From a virus (Duplodnaviria; Caudoviricetes): 64,000 bases of DNA. The position numbers and the translations under genes are program-made. Positions within the stretch are counted from its first letter, which is position 1. Every line of letters starts with the position of its first letter. The notes under the pieces were generated by a model. It saw nothing but the letters and a program-made list of their open reading frames with translations. It was not told the DNA's origin and did not search any database. Below are positions 17,485-29,200 of this stretch, piece after piece. Location of the stretch: IMG/VR virus record IMGVR_UViG_3300037692_000137, positions 64,001-128,000 of that record, one strand, 5' to 3'.

Positions 17485-18621
17485 TTAAGCTCGCTTTTCT
17501 ATGTAAGTAACCAAAGCTTTTTGTTCACCAAAAGTGCCTCCGTCTATAATCAAAGATCCTTTAGCGTTTGAAAACTTTAGTAGTAGTTTATCATCGTTTA
17601 TAGCGTCTATTGTTTGTGCCATGAAAACGCCATTTAAATCTATAGAGAAGCTGGCATCTACATCTAATTCCTCAGCACATACAAAATTAGCATAGTCGTT
17701 ATATAGTGTTAATTTACGGTCATTAATGTCTAGAGTAAGCCTGTTATGATCTTCAGAATTTAGAATACCCATAAAAGGTCTTAAGCTGTTCATAAGCACT
17801 TCTTTATTTATAAGCAGTGTATGATTAAACTTAGCAAACTCTTTTTCATAGACTGGGTACTCATGCCCTACTATAAGTCTGCCCCAATATACAACATTGT
17901 CAAACTTGGTTATTATTTTACCGCCATTAATCTCAAAAGCTATTTGTGTTTCTTCTGAAATAAGGCGTCTAATACCCATAATATAATCATGGCTAATTAT
18001 ATAAGAACCTTCTTTAGTTTTATTTACATTTTCAGTTAGATACTCAGATAACCTCATACCATCAGTACCGGCAAAAGCAATACTGTCTTTACTAAATGTG
18101 AGGCACATTCCGCGTAAAGGAATCCTACTCTCCATAGGATTTATGGAGTACAATACCTTACCAATAGCTGCTTTTAATACACCAGAATTTAAAGCAAAAG
18201 TAGTTTCATTAAATGGGGTTGGTTTAGCAATTGTGTATGTTTGAAATGTATCAAACTTAACTTTGCCTGTTGAAGTCTTACCGCCTATATGCACTGTTTT
18301 AACTTTAACAGTTAAACCAGTGTCGTTCAATATAAACTGAAAACCCTTTGTACCAGTCTCACTATCCCACGCAATAAAGGGACCTATAAAAGACTTTAAT
18401 TTACTATAAAGAACTGCTACTGATCCTTCTTCTACAATGTCCACCTTGTCGGCGGTGACTACTAATGATGTGGTTGGGCTCACCACGGTGAATAAAACGC
18501 CCTCTGCTTTAGATACCTCTATTAAAATTCGGCCAGAGTTATCTGTAGCATTTGCTTTTGCGGACACACCTAATTGATTTACTATCTTTTGTAGTGTCTG
18601 TGTTTCAATAAAAAATTCCAT
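17485..18621 (-). CDS. dnaN: DNA polymerase sliding clamp (beta subunit)
   Basis: 378 aa; LRGM, FAGTDGMRLS, GRLIVGHEYP, IDLNGVFM motifs of the beta clamp; AAGGAG RBS. Confidence 0.9.
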   Translation of the reverse strand: MEFFIETQTLQKIVNQLGVSAKANATDNSGRILIEVSKAEGVLFTVVSPTTSLVVTADKVDIVEEGSVAVLYSKLKSFIGPFIAWDSETGTKGFQFILNDTGLTVKVKTVHIGGKTSTGKVKFDTFQTYTIAKPTPFNETTFALNSGVLKAAIGKVLYSINPMESRIPLRGMCLTFSKDSIAFAGTDGMRLSEYLTENVNKTKEGSYIISHDYIMGIRRLISEETQIAFEINGGKIITKFDNVVYWGRLIVGHEYPVYEKEFAKFNHTLLINKEVLMNSLRPFMGILNSEDHNRLTLDINDRKLTLYNDYANFVCAEELDVDASFSIDLNGVFMAQTIDAINDDKLLLKFSNAKGSLIIDGGTFGEQKALVTYIEKRA

Positions 18622-18676
18622 AACTTCTCCTTTAATTCTGTTTTTAATCCTCGCGGGCCACGTTTATAGTAATGAC

Positions 18677-18705
18677 ACTATAACAATTAAAATACTTATT
18701 GTCAA
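18677..18705 (-). promoter_or_regulatory. sigma70-type promoter P2
   Basis: TTGACA (18705-18700), 17-nt spacer, TATAGT (18682-18677) with TG extended -10. Confidence 0.75.
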
Positions 18706-18742
18706 TAAAAAATAATTTGTAGTTATACATTAATTATTTTAG

Positions 18743-18771
18743 ATTATACAACTATTATTAGTGCGTGTCAA
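18743..18771 (-). promoter_or_regulatory. sigma70-type promoter P1 (perfect consensus)
   Basis: TTGACA (18771-18766), 17-nt spacer, TATAAT (18748-18743). Confidence 0.85.
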
Positions 18772-18800
18772 TAACTTTATACGTAATAATTAAGGGGCTA

Positions 18801-20120
18801 TTAACTTCCTATTATAGCGCTATTGAGATTTTTTGTCCAGGTGTATTTTACTATAGGGTTAATTTCTGAGGTTAACTCCGCGTGTGTAGGTAGAATACCT
18901 ATTATGGTGTTTTTTAAATTTGTTATACGTGGCTCGGCTACTCTAGACATCATATCTTTTATAGCTTGGTCCATTGAGGTATACTTACTTAAGTTAAATA
19001 TAAATTTGCGTTTAATGTTTATATGTTCTATCATGTTATCAGGATCTTTATCATAGCCTGTTACCCATAAAGTCCATTGTTGCTTTTTATCCACCTTATA
19101 TATCTTTTCATCACCGGGCACATAAAAATAGTAGTGTTCCCCATTGATACCGGAAGTAAACATCAGGTCAACAAAGCGCTGCCAACGTTGTTCAAAACGT
19201 GTTAGGTTTATAAATACTTCTGTTGTTTTTGGTTTAATCCATTCAGGTGTAGGATTAAAATTAGATTGCACTTGTGCATTTATATAAGAACCCAGATTTT
19301 TAGAAACTGGGTGCCCGTAAATATAAGCACCTAAAGTAACATAAGCTTTATTTGAGAAAGCTGCCGTTAGAATGTCAACTACTTTATATAAGTTTTTATT
19401 TGTATTTATAAATAAATCTACTTCGGTATAAGGCTTTTCAGCATTAAAACGTATATCTAATGTATCTATTACTAAAGCATCACCAGCATTAATGTATGAC
19501 TTTAAATCTCTAACGTTTTTAGCATAGTCGCCGAACCACCCTATGATAGTACTTTGTAAATCCAGTTTCATTAATGCGTATAAACTAGAGTTTAAATCAA
19601 TGTAGCCAGACTGTCGGCAGCCACAATTTATGAATGACGGTAAGTCCTTATGTTCAAGTAACGCTACACTAAATATCTTACTCATTAGTATAGTCATTGG
19701 TACTATAGAAGCCCCTAGGTCTGCTACTTTACCTACAGAATTTATATAAGAATTTAAGTCTTTTGGTGTAATTGCTTGTATACTACTAGATAAATCAAAA
19801 GCATAGTAGCCCTCTACTACAGACCGTAGATTATAGGTAGCATTTAGTGCCTTAAAGCCAGCAATACTACTCTTTAAATCTAAAGCAGGTATAGGGCTTA
19901 TTGTCGCTTGTATGTCATTGGGACCATACACCGCGTTAATTGACGCAGGTAAATCCCTTATAGCAAAACCATGTATTATTGAGTTTAGGTTTACAGGTTC
20001 TATAGCGGTTACATAGCTTGGAAGATCCCTTATAATACCAAAGTAACCAGCATTTAGAGCGCTGTATAAGTCCCTTGTAACATTTGGTCTTATTATAGAG
20101 TTTAAATCCAAAGTTGCCAT
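18801..20120 (-). CDS. Repeat-rich virion structural protein
   Basis: Many degenerate (D/N)LxSxI repeats; last gene of the structural block. Confidence 0.6.
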   Translation of the reverse strand: MATLDLNSIIRPNVTRDLYSALNAGYFGIIRDLPSYVTAIEPVNLNSIIHGFAIRDLPASINAVYGPNDIQATISPIPALDLKSSIAGFKALNATYNLRSVVEGYYAFDLSSSIQAITPKDLNSYINSVGKVADLGASIVPMTILMSKIFSVALLEHKDLPSFINCGCRQSGYIDLNSSLYALMKLDLQSTIIGWFGDYAKNVRDLKSYINAGDALVIDTLDIRFNAEKPYTEVDLFINTNKNLYKVVDILTAAFSNKAYVTLGAYIYGHPVSKNLGSYINAQVQSNFNPTPEWIKPKTTEVFINLTRFEQRWQRFVDLMFTSGINGEHYYFYVPGDEKIYKVDKKQQWTLWVTGYDKDPDNMIEHINIKRKFIFNLSKYTSMDQAIKDMMSRVAEPRITNLKNTIIGILPTHAELTSEINPIVKYTWTKNLNSAIIGS

Positions 20121-20135
20121 TAGTGTCCTATAAGT

Positions 20136-23100
20136 TTATTCTTGTATATCCCACCAAGTTTTGAGTTTAACAGAGTAGTCGGAAAGTGCCGCCTCACTTG
20201 GAATAGCTGTTTTGACATACATGTCTTGACCACTACCTGGTTGTATATCAGAAATCTTTATAGGTCTTTGTATATTTATAGAATTTACCTTGGCATTTAT
20301 TGCTGAGTAACTAGATTGTAATGTTAATCTTGCTTGATGATATCTATTCTTTGGTAAAAAATAACCATTTTTTGGTACCTCTTTCCAAGCTAGTGTTGAC
20401 CATACAGGATCAGCTCCTTGTGGTATTATTACAGATCCTTGCTCTTCAAAATTTGTTTGTGAGGATGCTAGATCACACCAAAATATATCTGGGCAGTTTG
20501 TGTAGTAATTTGGTAAACTGTATGTTCTAGACACCCCCTTTAAGGATAGGTCTATATATTTTACTATAACCTGTGTATTAAAGAATAGAACACAGCCGTA
20601 AGGACACCCTTTCATAGAATATACAGAATACTGACCAGTTATGTGCATGTCCATAACACCATTAGCTGTATAATGATATATGTCGCCTTCAGAGGTTGAG
20701 GCGCGGGCGAAAAAACCACCTCTATAGTCCCGTGTCATTTCATATAAAGGTTTAGGTGTATCAACTGTTTTTAATATAGCACCGTTAGTATCTAATAAAT
20801 AAATTTTTGACGTACCTATATCAGACGCCCAGGCGGTGCCTCCAGTAGAGGCGGCTACTTGGTAAGGTGTTGTTAAAGCGTAAACAGATGCAAGCTGTAT
20901 ATGATTACCAGATAAGTGTATAACCCTGGACAAGTCGCCGTCAACATACCAGGCGCCTGTCCCATCATATTCGGCTGACAAGCTTAGGATATTACTTACA
21001 GATGTATATAATAATTGAGACACCGACATAGCGGCCCCATTTTGAATCTCTAGGTGGGCTAAATAATTGTAACCGGTGTAACCCCAAAGAGTGTTACCAT
21101 AAGTAAATTCTACAAGTTTAGGAAAATAGCTTTCAAGTTGATTAGCAAAACCCGTAGTAAGTTCATATATTCGTGCTTCATCTATGTTATATACACGTAT
21201 TGTATTATAGGTGTTGGAATTACTGTACTCATAGTCCCTTGACAAATATTTATACCCATTGTTGTTATTAACAGCAATAGCTTTAACATACGTGGGTGAA
21301 CCACCTACAGTGTCTGAGCGCATGGTTACTGTATTAGTAACCACATCGCATATTGCATAAGACATATAACTAGTATTTTCTTGATAAGGCCAGTATATTT
21401 TTATTATAGGTGTTGGAGCTATATCACTGCTTCTAACTTCTATTGTGCCCGGGGCTGTGGAGGAATCTTTTGACACCTGTGACATAGCATCAACAGTTGT
21501 TTCCTCTATTAAAAAATAGCTTGCATTGTATTTATCTTCAACATCAAAAATTGGTGACGTGTAGGTACCTGTATTTTCCTCTAAGGTTGTAAAAAACATA
21601 GAGTCATTTATATTATAGCCATAAAGACCGTCTGGATCTCCAGCTATATTACTTAAAAGTAAGGTAACTTCACTATCGATACTTCCTTGTGGTGGTATGA
21701 CTAATATACCTGCAGTTCCAGTAGTGGCCATAGTATAACCCGTAACTATGTGTGATACTGTATCTGTTACAATATCATAAACATGTACAACATCGCCATA
21801 ACTATGTGCGGAAAAGTATATTTTACCATTATAGTAGTCCATATTTAGCCTATCAAAATCTACCCCTAATCTATCGTAAAAATTAAACCATGTTTTGTTC
21901 CAAGTATTAGTAGCAATATCATAACGTTGTATATACCGGCCTGTAGTAGCTCTACCAACTAAAAAGTACAAACAATTTCGTACTGGATCTGCTAATAAAG
22001 TGCAACGAATAGGCTCGGTGGTACTATAGTAGTTAGAATCAGGGTAGCCGCAACTTGTCCATATACTTGTAGCTATTTCATACTTAATACAATAACCCGC
22101 AGCCACCGAACCGCCGGCACCATAATATATATAACCGTTATATGCCACCAGAGCGTTACAAGGATTAGCTAGGATCATTGAAATTGTTGTGTGGGGCAGC
22201 CATGTAAAATTACCTTGAGCTCCCGATAAATCATATCTACCAAACCAATCAGTATTTAGTTCCTCAGCTGAAAATGTTAAATATATGTAATTATCCGCCT
22301 TAGTCATAGCGACCGAAGTTATGTTAAACACAAGGCTGTATGTAGGTAACCAGCTTATATAGGTCCATTCATAAGTAGTTAAATCATACTTGTACAATTT
22401 GAGTGTACTATCATAATGAATAGAGTACACTACATTATCCGTAGAGTCATAAACCCATGGTTGGCCATGCCAACCCAATAATGGTGCCGGTATGTGACAC
22501 AATTTATTTTCTAACGCATCTTCTTGTACAGAACTTATTTGTATATATTCACTATTAACAATTTCTGTGTTATTAAACGTTCCTTGAGACCAACGATACT
22601 TAGAAGATACTAGATCATCAGTTAATTCAAAACCATCTGTTATATCGTAGTAAGTTCCACTTTCTGTAGCGGCTATTTTTACATAGTAGTCGGCAGCGTT
22701 TCCTGTATAGTCTATTACGACATAGGCATTAGCTGGGTATTGCACTGTTGAATTGTTAAATATGGTTACAGGATACGCGTCACTATCTTCTCCAACTGGG
22801 GCGGCATCTAAATATACTGCTGATGCAGTACCATCAGCCCCAAAACCTATGATATAATCATCATTATAAACAATATACTCATATAGAGTTGACTCCATAC
22901 CACTGATTGTAGTTAGCACATATCTCGGCGCCGAAAGTCCTGGTATTGTGGCGTAGTAATAGTCTGTTGTAACCCCTTTACTACAAATGGTGTAGGAGTC
23001 ATCTTCAGCATTTTTATAATAGAAATTAATGTCACTAAGTGCAGTTAAGTCTTCAGCATATACTCTAATCTCATCTACTTTTATTCTTGTAGATAAGTCA

Positions 23101-23264
23101 GTTTCTAAATAGACCACATCAGAGGCAGTCAGCACAACACCGCCAGATACAGTAACACCGTCTATAAGGGTGGACAGCTGACTGTTTGTCAGGTCTTTAT
23201 TACCTGTCCCTGAAGCAGTTAATGTGTATACTATACCATTGTTTATTAAATTATACTTTGCCAT
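20136..23264 (-). CDS. Large beta-propeller (Kelch/YVTN-like) appendage or adhesin protein
   Basis: 1042 aa; repeated xYDxxTxxWT blades (YKYDLTTYEW, KYEIATSIW, RYDIATNTW) and a second propeller-like region. Confidence 0.6.
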   Translation of the reverse strand: MAKYNLINNGIVYTLTASGTGNKDLTNSQLSTLIDGVTVSGGVVLTASDVVYLETDLSTRIKVDEIRVYAEDLTALSDINFYYKNAEDDSYTICSKGVTTDYYYATIPGLSAPRYVLTTISGMESTLYEYIVYNDDYIIGFGADGTASAVYLDAAPVGEDSDAYPVTIFNNSTVQYPANAYVVIDYTGNAADYYVKIAATESGTYYDITDGFELTDDLVSSKYRWSQGTFNNTEIVNSEYIQISSVQEDALENKLCHIPAPLLGWHGQPWVYDSTDNVVYSIHYDSTLKLYKYDLTTYEWTYISWLPTYSLVFNITSVAMTKADNYIYLTFSAEELNTDWFGRYDLSGAQGNFTWLPHTTISMILANPCNALVAYNGYIYYGAGGSVAAGYCIKYEIATSIWTSCGYPDSNYYSTTEPIRCTLLADPVRNCLYFLVGRATTGRYIQRYDIATNTWNKTWFNFYDRLGVDFDRLNMDYYNGKIYFSAHSYGDVVHVYDIVTDTVSHIVTGYTMATTGTAGILVIPPQGSIDSEVTLLLSNIAGDPDGLYGYNINDSMFFTTLEENTGTYTSPIFDVEDKYNASYFLIEETTVDAMSQVSKDSSTAPGTIEVRSSDIAPTPIIKIYWPYQENTSYMSYAICDVVTNTVTMRSDTVGGSPTYVKAIAVNNNNGYKYLSRDYEYSNSNTYNTIRVYNIDEARIYELTTGFANQLESYFPKLVEFTYGNTLWGYTGYNYLAHLEIQNGAAMSVSQLLYTSVSNILSLSAEYDGTGAWYVDGDLSRVIHLSGNHIQLASVYALTTPYQVAASTGGTAWASDIGTSKIYLLDTNGAILKTVDTPKPLYEMTRDYRGGFFARASTSEGDIYHYTANGVMDMHITGQYSVYSMKGCPYGCVLFFNTQVIVKYIDLSLKGVSRTYSLPNYYTNCPDIFWCDLASSQTNFEEQGSVIIPQGADPVWSTLAWKEVPKNGYFLPKNRYHQARLTLQSSYSAINAKVNSINIQRPIKISDIQPGSGQDMYVKTAIPSEAALSDYSVKLKTWWDIQE

Positions 23265-23273
23265 TTATATTTC

Positions 23274-26200
23274 TCACACTGTGGTTAGCCAAGATATTAG
23301 TAGTTGACCTGTCTTTCCGCTATTATTAAAGTTACCTTTTGTTTTATTGGCTCTTATATAAATAGCTCTTTTATCGCCGGCAGGTACCTGATTAAAAATT
23401 ATAGGTAGTTCAGCACTCCCTACATTATAGAAGGTTATATTATCAGAAGATATCTCCATGTAATCGTTTGGATCGTAAGCCATATCTGTGCTTATATCCT
23501 GTTTGTTTATATCAAAGTCTGTTTTACAATAGTTGTAAAGTTTAATATTTTCATATACACCGCCGCCGGAAGGGGAATCGTAATTATAAGCTAATGGTGT
23601 ATTACCACCAGCCAAGCGCACAATTAAATCCTTTGTGTCATTAATTTCCCAGGTAGTTTTACCATTGTATATAAGAACATTATTAATGTATAGTCTGATG
23701 GTATCATTGTTGTCTGTGTTGGTGCCACTGTTGTCCCATACTACAGCTACATGAATTAAAGAGTCTATATCAAAATAGCCTGATAGCGCAAAGGAAGAGT
23801 CAGCATTAACTAAATTTATACTACGTCTAATGTGGCCAGCAGCAAGCTCCAACCAATGCCCTGCTTTAACACCAAGGGATACTATGTTATTACTATTATT
23901 TACTATGGAAAATAAAGTCCTTGACTGCATTCTATCAAATATATCGAGGCCATAAGAGTCATAATATGTTTTAAGCCAGAACTCAATTGTGCCTTTAGTT
24001 AAAGTAAGACCACTAACAGGAATCTGTAAAAAGTCTCTGTTATTTAAGTAAAGCCCCTTATCAAATTTGACAGTATCATAAAATTTGTTTCTTTCTATTT
24101 TTAAAGAGGTTAGATAAAGGGTTACTGCCTGACCAACCCCTTTGTATCTAAGCGATACATAGTTAAAACCTTCCTCAGCGTATATAAAATTAAGATCTTG
24201 ATTTATTAAATTATAGAATGAATTATCATTCAATGGGTATACTGTTGTGAAATCCTCAAATTTAAGTCTTATATGATTCCAACCGGTAACCAATGTAATA
24301 TCATTTAAAGACCACCTATAATAATTTTCTTGTGCCGCGTTGACAATACCGAATGTTATATCTCCAAAAGAGGCATCTATTTTATTTATGTCTGAGATAT
24401 ATAGTTGGAAGGTAAATAAATCTTTTATGGACCAACCATCGTCTATACCAAAGTCATCTCCTGGTATAAACATTACAGTATCCTCAGCGGTAGATGCAGG
24501 ATAAGCTATTTTTAATGATCTATTAGAGTCCTTTACAAATTGTGTGTCATTGCTTAATACACTAACTGTTGAGGACCACCACCAGGAGTACGCGGTAGGT
24601 GCATAGGAGCCCTCACTGTACACTTTTATTACACTAAGCGTATCTACACCCTCTTCGGAAGTAATATCGTTGTAAGCGTATTCTGTGGCTGTATTTCGCC
24701 TTACACTAATCCAACGGGCATACTCAGAAGTCCTATAAATAGAAATATTTCTAATGGCCCAATTGTATGTGTTAGATATAAAAGCTATACCTTTCAGTGT
24801 ATAATAACCACTTTCTGAAACCTCTATTAAAACATCCTCATCTGCCCAGGCATCTGACGCAATTATTCTACCAGACATATCTATTGTGACAGGGCCCTCT
24901 AACCGTAGGCCAAACTCAGCATCCTCATCTAAATCATAACTCTGCCAACGTACATTATAGGGTCCCTTATCTAAGTAGATGTCACCAAATGTATAGTCCC
25001 AGTAGCCTATTAAATTGCCTGTGTCTATATCCGTGTGATAAATTACTGTTGCACCATTATCCAGGTTAAATGCAACTTTCTTAGGGTCATCATAGAGACT
25101 TTCAGAGTATTTAAAAAACTCGTCCCTATTATCCCAGGAAATCCCCTCATTATTTGGGTCATTACTAATTAGTTCATGACCAACTATGTTAAAATTATCT
25201 TTTAAGTTCATACAAATTACAGGAAAAGTTTCACTATCAATATAAGTGGTTTGCACAGCTGTGTAAATTTCAATCTCTCTTAAAAAGCTGCCAGTAAAAT
25301 AGGCGTCACTTCCTAAAGAGATAGGTGTAGAGGTATAAGAGTTTATTACAAGTCTAAAACGGCGGGCGGTAACAGGGCTAAAATAATGCGTTGTTTCAGT
25401 AGCAGTATTATTAGACGTATAAAATAGCTGGGTAAAATTTTCACCAGAGACTGTTGTAGATATATAGGCAGTAAAGTCTTCGTTAACAAAGTTAGAATCG
25501 TTTACACTAAATGAGTGGTGTATTCTTACTTTATCTATTAAGTAATCATCACCAAATAATATAGCCACTGATGGATTAACACCATCAAAAGCCCAGCAGT
25601 CATAGGCAGCTCCTGAATTATACTTACCATCAACTACTTTATCCGGAGTCATGTGGCCTACATAGTTACTGGCCTCCACATATGCATTGTATGCTACATT
25701 ATTTGGCAGGCTATAATCAGAAAGTATAGTGCCAAGCGAAGACCATTCACAGTTGTAACCGCCACCTATACAATAGGGTATGGCTATATTAGGATATATA
25801 CCCAGTTTGTCTATGGTTTTTAATGTAGCATCTGAAGCTAATAGATTAACTCTCACCCAACGAGCGTCTACTTTTGAACTATTACCAAAAGCTACTTCAT
25901 CAACATCGTCCGTAGTAGTATTGGAGTAGTCCACATTCAAATCGCTGGATAAAAATAGTTTATCACTTAATGTGCCATAGTTACGTATTATGTCTAAGTT
26001 ATGTCTTTTTAGTAAGTCTACGGCTAGATATACAGAATGATTTGAGGTGACTGCTGTATAGTCTAAAGCACTGCCTACTGTAAAGTAATTAATGTTATTA
26101 TAGCTAATAAGTAGTTCTGGATCTTGTAATGTTGATGTGCCATGCACTACTTTTATTTTATTAATAGGGGCATTACTTATAGTTTTAAATCCAACAGCGT

Positions 26201-29200
26201 AATTGGAAGAGTATATAAGCGCTGGATAAAGTATACTTGTAGCTGTTATATTAAAGTTATTAAATGTAATTACTACATTAGGAAAGGCTAATAGCATATG
26301 AGTATAAAGTTCTATTTTTAGCCGGTCATTAGTAAAACCAGTATAACTATAGCCAGAAGATAGTGTGGTCCAAGTTGACACTCCGGTAGTTCTATAGTAA
26401 CATGATATTAGTGCGCCAACTTTAGTTATCTTTAAATCAAAGTTTAATATGCTATTACTAACATAATTTACATAGCTATACCAAGCATCTTTATCAAAAA
26501 CGTATTGTCTGCTTGAACTACCATATATATACTTTCTTATACCAACAAATCCGCCATGCTCTCCCCTGACACCTAAACCTACGCTAAGTCTATCTGCTTG
26601 ACTTGGGAAAGATATAGTTACACTTACTTCCGCGGAGAAATCCGAAGCTATTATTGGTATGTAATTAAGTGTGTACGTACCATCTTCAGAAGTAGTTAAG
26701 CTTAATTGTAACTTATTACTGACTATATGACAGTAGGAAGCTGAGTCATCAAAAAGCATATTATCCTGCCATAAGTATGTGTTGTAACTGGCGCCATCAA
26801 TGCCATCGAACGGGTCGTTACCAGTGACTATTGTAGGTATATTAATGTCTACCCCATTACTTATTACACCATCCACCATTACCGCATCATCAACAGTTTG
26901 ATTTAAATAAATAAGTTCTATTGGTACACGTGTATCATCGTAAAAGGCTAATATATCTTTTACAACACAGTCTTTACTTATAGAATCAAATTGTAACTTC
27001 CAATAGGTGGCTGAAACTTCTGGAATAGCTACCTCAGTAATTTGAGTATTCAGATAAGCGCCTAAATCAAAATTTATACTAGTGCCTGAAATTAAAGTGC
27101 CATATGAAAACCAGTCATGCTCATTAAAAGAGTAATAAGCTTCCTTATCATCAACCAAGTTATTCAAACCATAGCATGGGGTATTAATAGCACTCTGCCC
27201 ATTATTATTAGTTAATATAAAGTCTTCCGCTTTTCTTAATACGGCCGGCGGGCCGATATCAGGATTGTCTATATCTTCTTGACTATTTAATTTACTCCAA
27301 AATACAATACCTGACGTATCAACATTAGTAGTTTTTGGTATGTCTACCATAAGGTCAAAAGGTCTATCATAGAGGTTCTCTATATAATAGACCTTACTGT
27401 CATTAACAACCCCATTTTTAGCATCGTCCAGTAATATAGTATCATCACACTTGGTAGTTTTTACTTGATCACCGGTCTTACAAAAAAGCTCATTGACACT
27501 AAAAGACGTGGCTGTTTGTAAAGATAACTTCATATACCTTGGTGCACCACCTATAAAAGCACTTATCACATTAGTGTCTTCTGTACTAAATAGGGCGTCT
27601 TTCCATTCTACACCGTAAGTTGAGTAAGTAAGAGAGACATTATCAATTATTGAGGGTTCAAAATACATTCTGCTATAAACCTCTATCTCAGTTATTTTGG
27701 TGCTATTATGGTAGTTACATCTTATATTAAAGTCGTAGCTGTCAACTGGGTCAAAGCCATGTTCTAACACGGTCCAATATGAGGCGTTGGCCGCAAAAAA
27801 GTTATCAGTATTTACCATATAGCCATCACCGTCATGTACTATATCTATAGAACATGGGTTACTAAATAAGTACGCAGCTATATCCTCATTATTTGTAGAG
27901 TCGTAGTTAATACCATCCATTTTTATATAATTATAACTTGGTATTAGTTTATGCTGTGCATCAATGTAGTCTCCATTATAACCGTATATACCTAAACCAG
28001 TGTATAAAGCAAAGCTTCTAAAGTTATCCTCTTCTTTAAAGTATATTATTGACTTATGTATTTCACAGGATTTATTAGTAGGAAAAACTAAGGTTAGCGT
28101 TATTGGGTCCTCTACAAACTCATATATACTAACTACAACCGTAGGACTAAACTCCTCCGGTTGTAACCATTCAGCGTCACCATTAACATAGAAGTATGAA
28201 TGTGTGCCAGCAGTGACTAAACCAGTTGATCCGGTTGTGTATGACTGTCCAGCTATATTATTTTCAGCAATTATTTTTCCATCGGAAAGAGCCTCTAACC
28301 CATAAGCCATATTAGTGTGCGTAACTACATAAGAGGTTGTGGCTGTCCATACTTGATGTTTATGATTACCCCCATGTAGATTCACATGCCAATTTACATC
28401 CAAGCACATGGCTATATTATATTCAAAGTAGTCGTCTGCCTCTTCACCATATATAGTAAATTCTTCTATATTTAATCTATCACCAAAATCAATATCGAGT
28501 AGTGTGTTTGTTTGATACTTATCACTTCTTGCATATATAGCTAGACCACCTACACCCATAGAGTAAGCAACACCAGGATCAAAGGCATCTGTAGGCTCAC
28601 CATCTAGTTGGCTGTAAGTGGCGTCTGGTTTATTTGTTAGGGATATGCCTATTGAGACATCAGCATCAAATACAGCCAGTAGGTCCCCTTTATTAACCAG
28701 TATATCACAGTCTATACAATGAGTAAAGCTAATATTTGAGTAAAAATTATTGACGATGGCGGGAAATGGTAGTGAATAAGCTACTTTAAGTGTACCATCT
28801 AGTTTAGGGCGACAAATTAAAATTTTAGCATTAGCATATCTTGTGGCATAAACATAGATGTGTTTTATTTTACCATTACTGTTAAAAGGGTGTGACCAAT
28901 CTACTATTGTCTTTCCTCTATTTGCTAATGTGGTGCCATCGTCTCCTTGTATATAGGCTGTGGAAGAGGTGTAACCAATTTCGTTATAGTCTGATCTACC
29001 ACCTTCTACATTATATTGTTGTGCATTATGTGTGTAGCTAATTACGTCGGTGTTACCATCCATTAAATTGCCTAATTCTGTGGCGGTCAATAAACGATTA
29101 GACGCATAGTCAAAACCGGTGGCAAAGTCTACCCCATTAACACACGTAGAAACATCAGTAAAGGCACTGTCAAAAAAACCTAAGGCAACGGCTGCCGGGC

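Noticed and set aside
5534-18621. Inteins in DnaB, RecA, ThyX or primase
   Set aside because: All are of normal length with no recognisable C/S...HN splicing motifs
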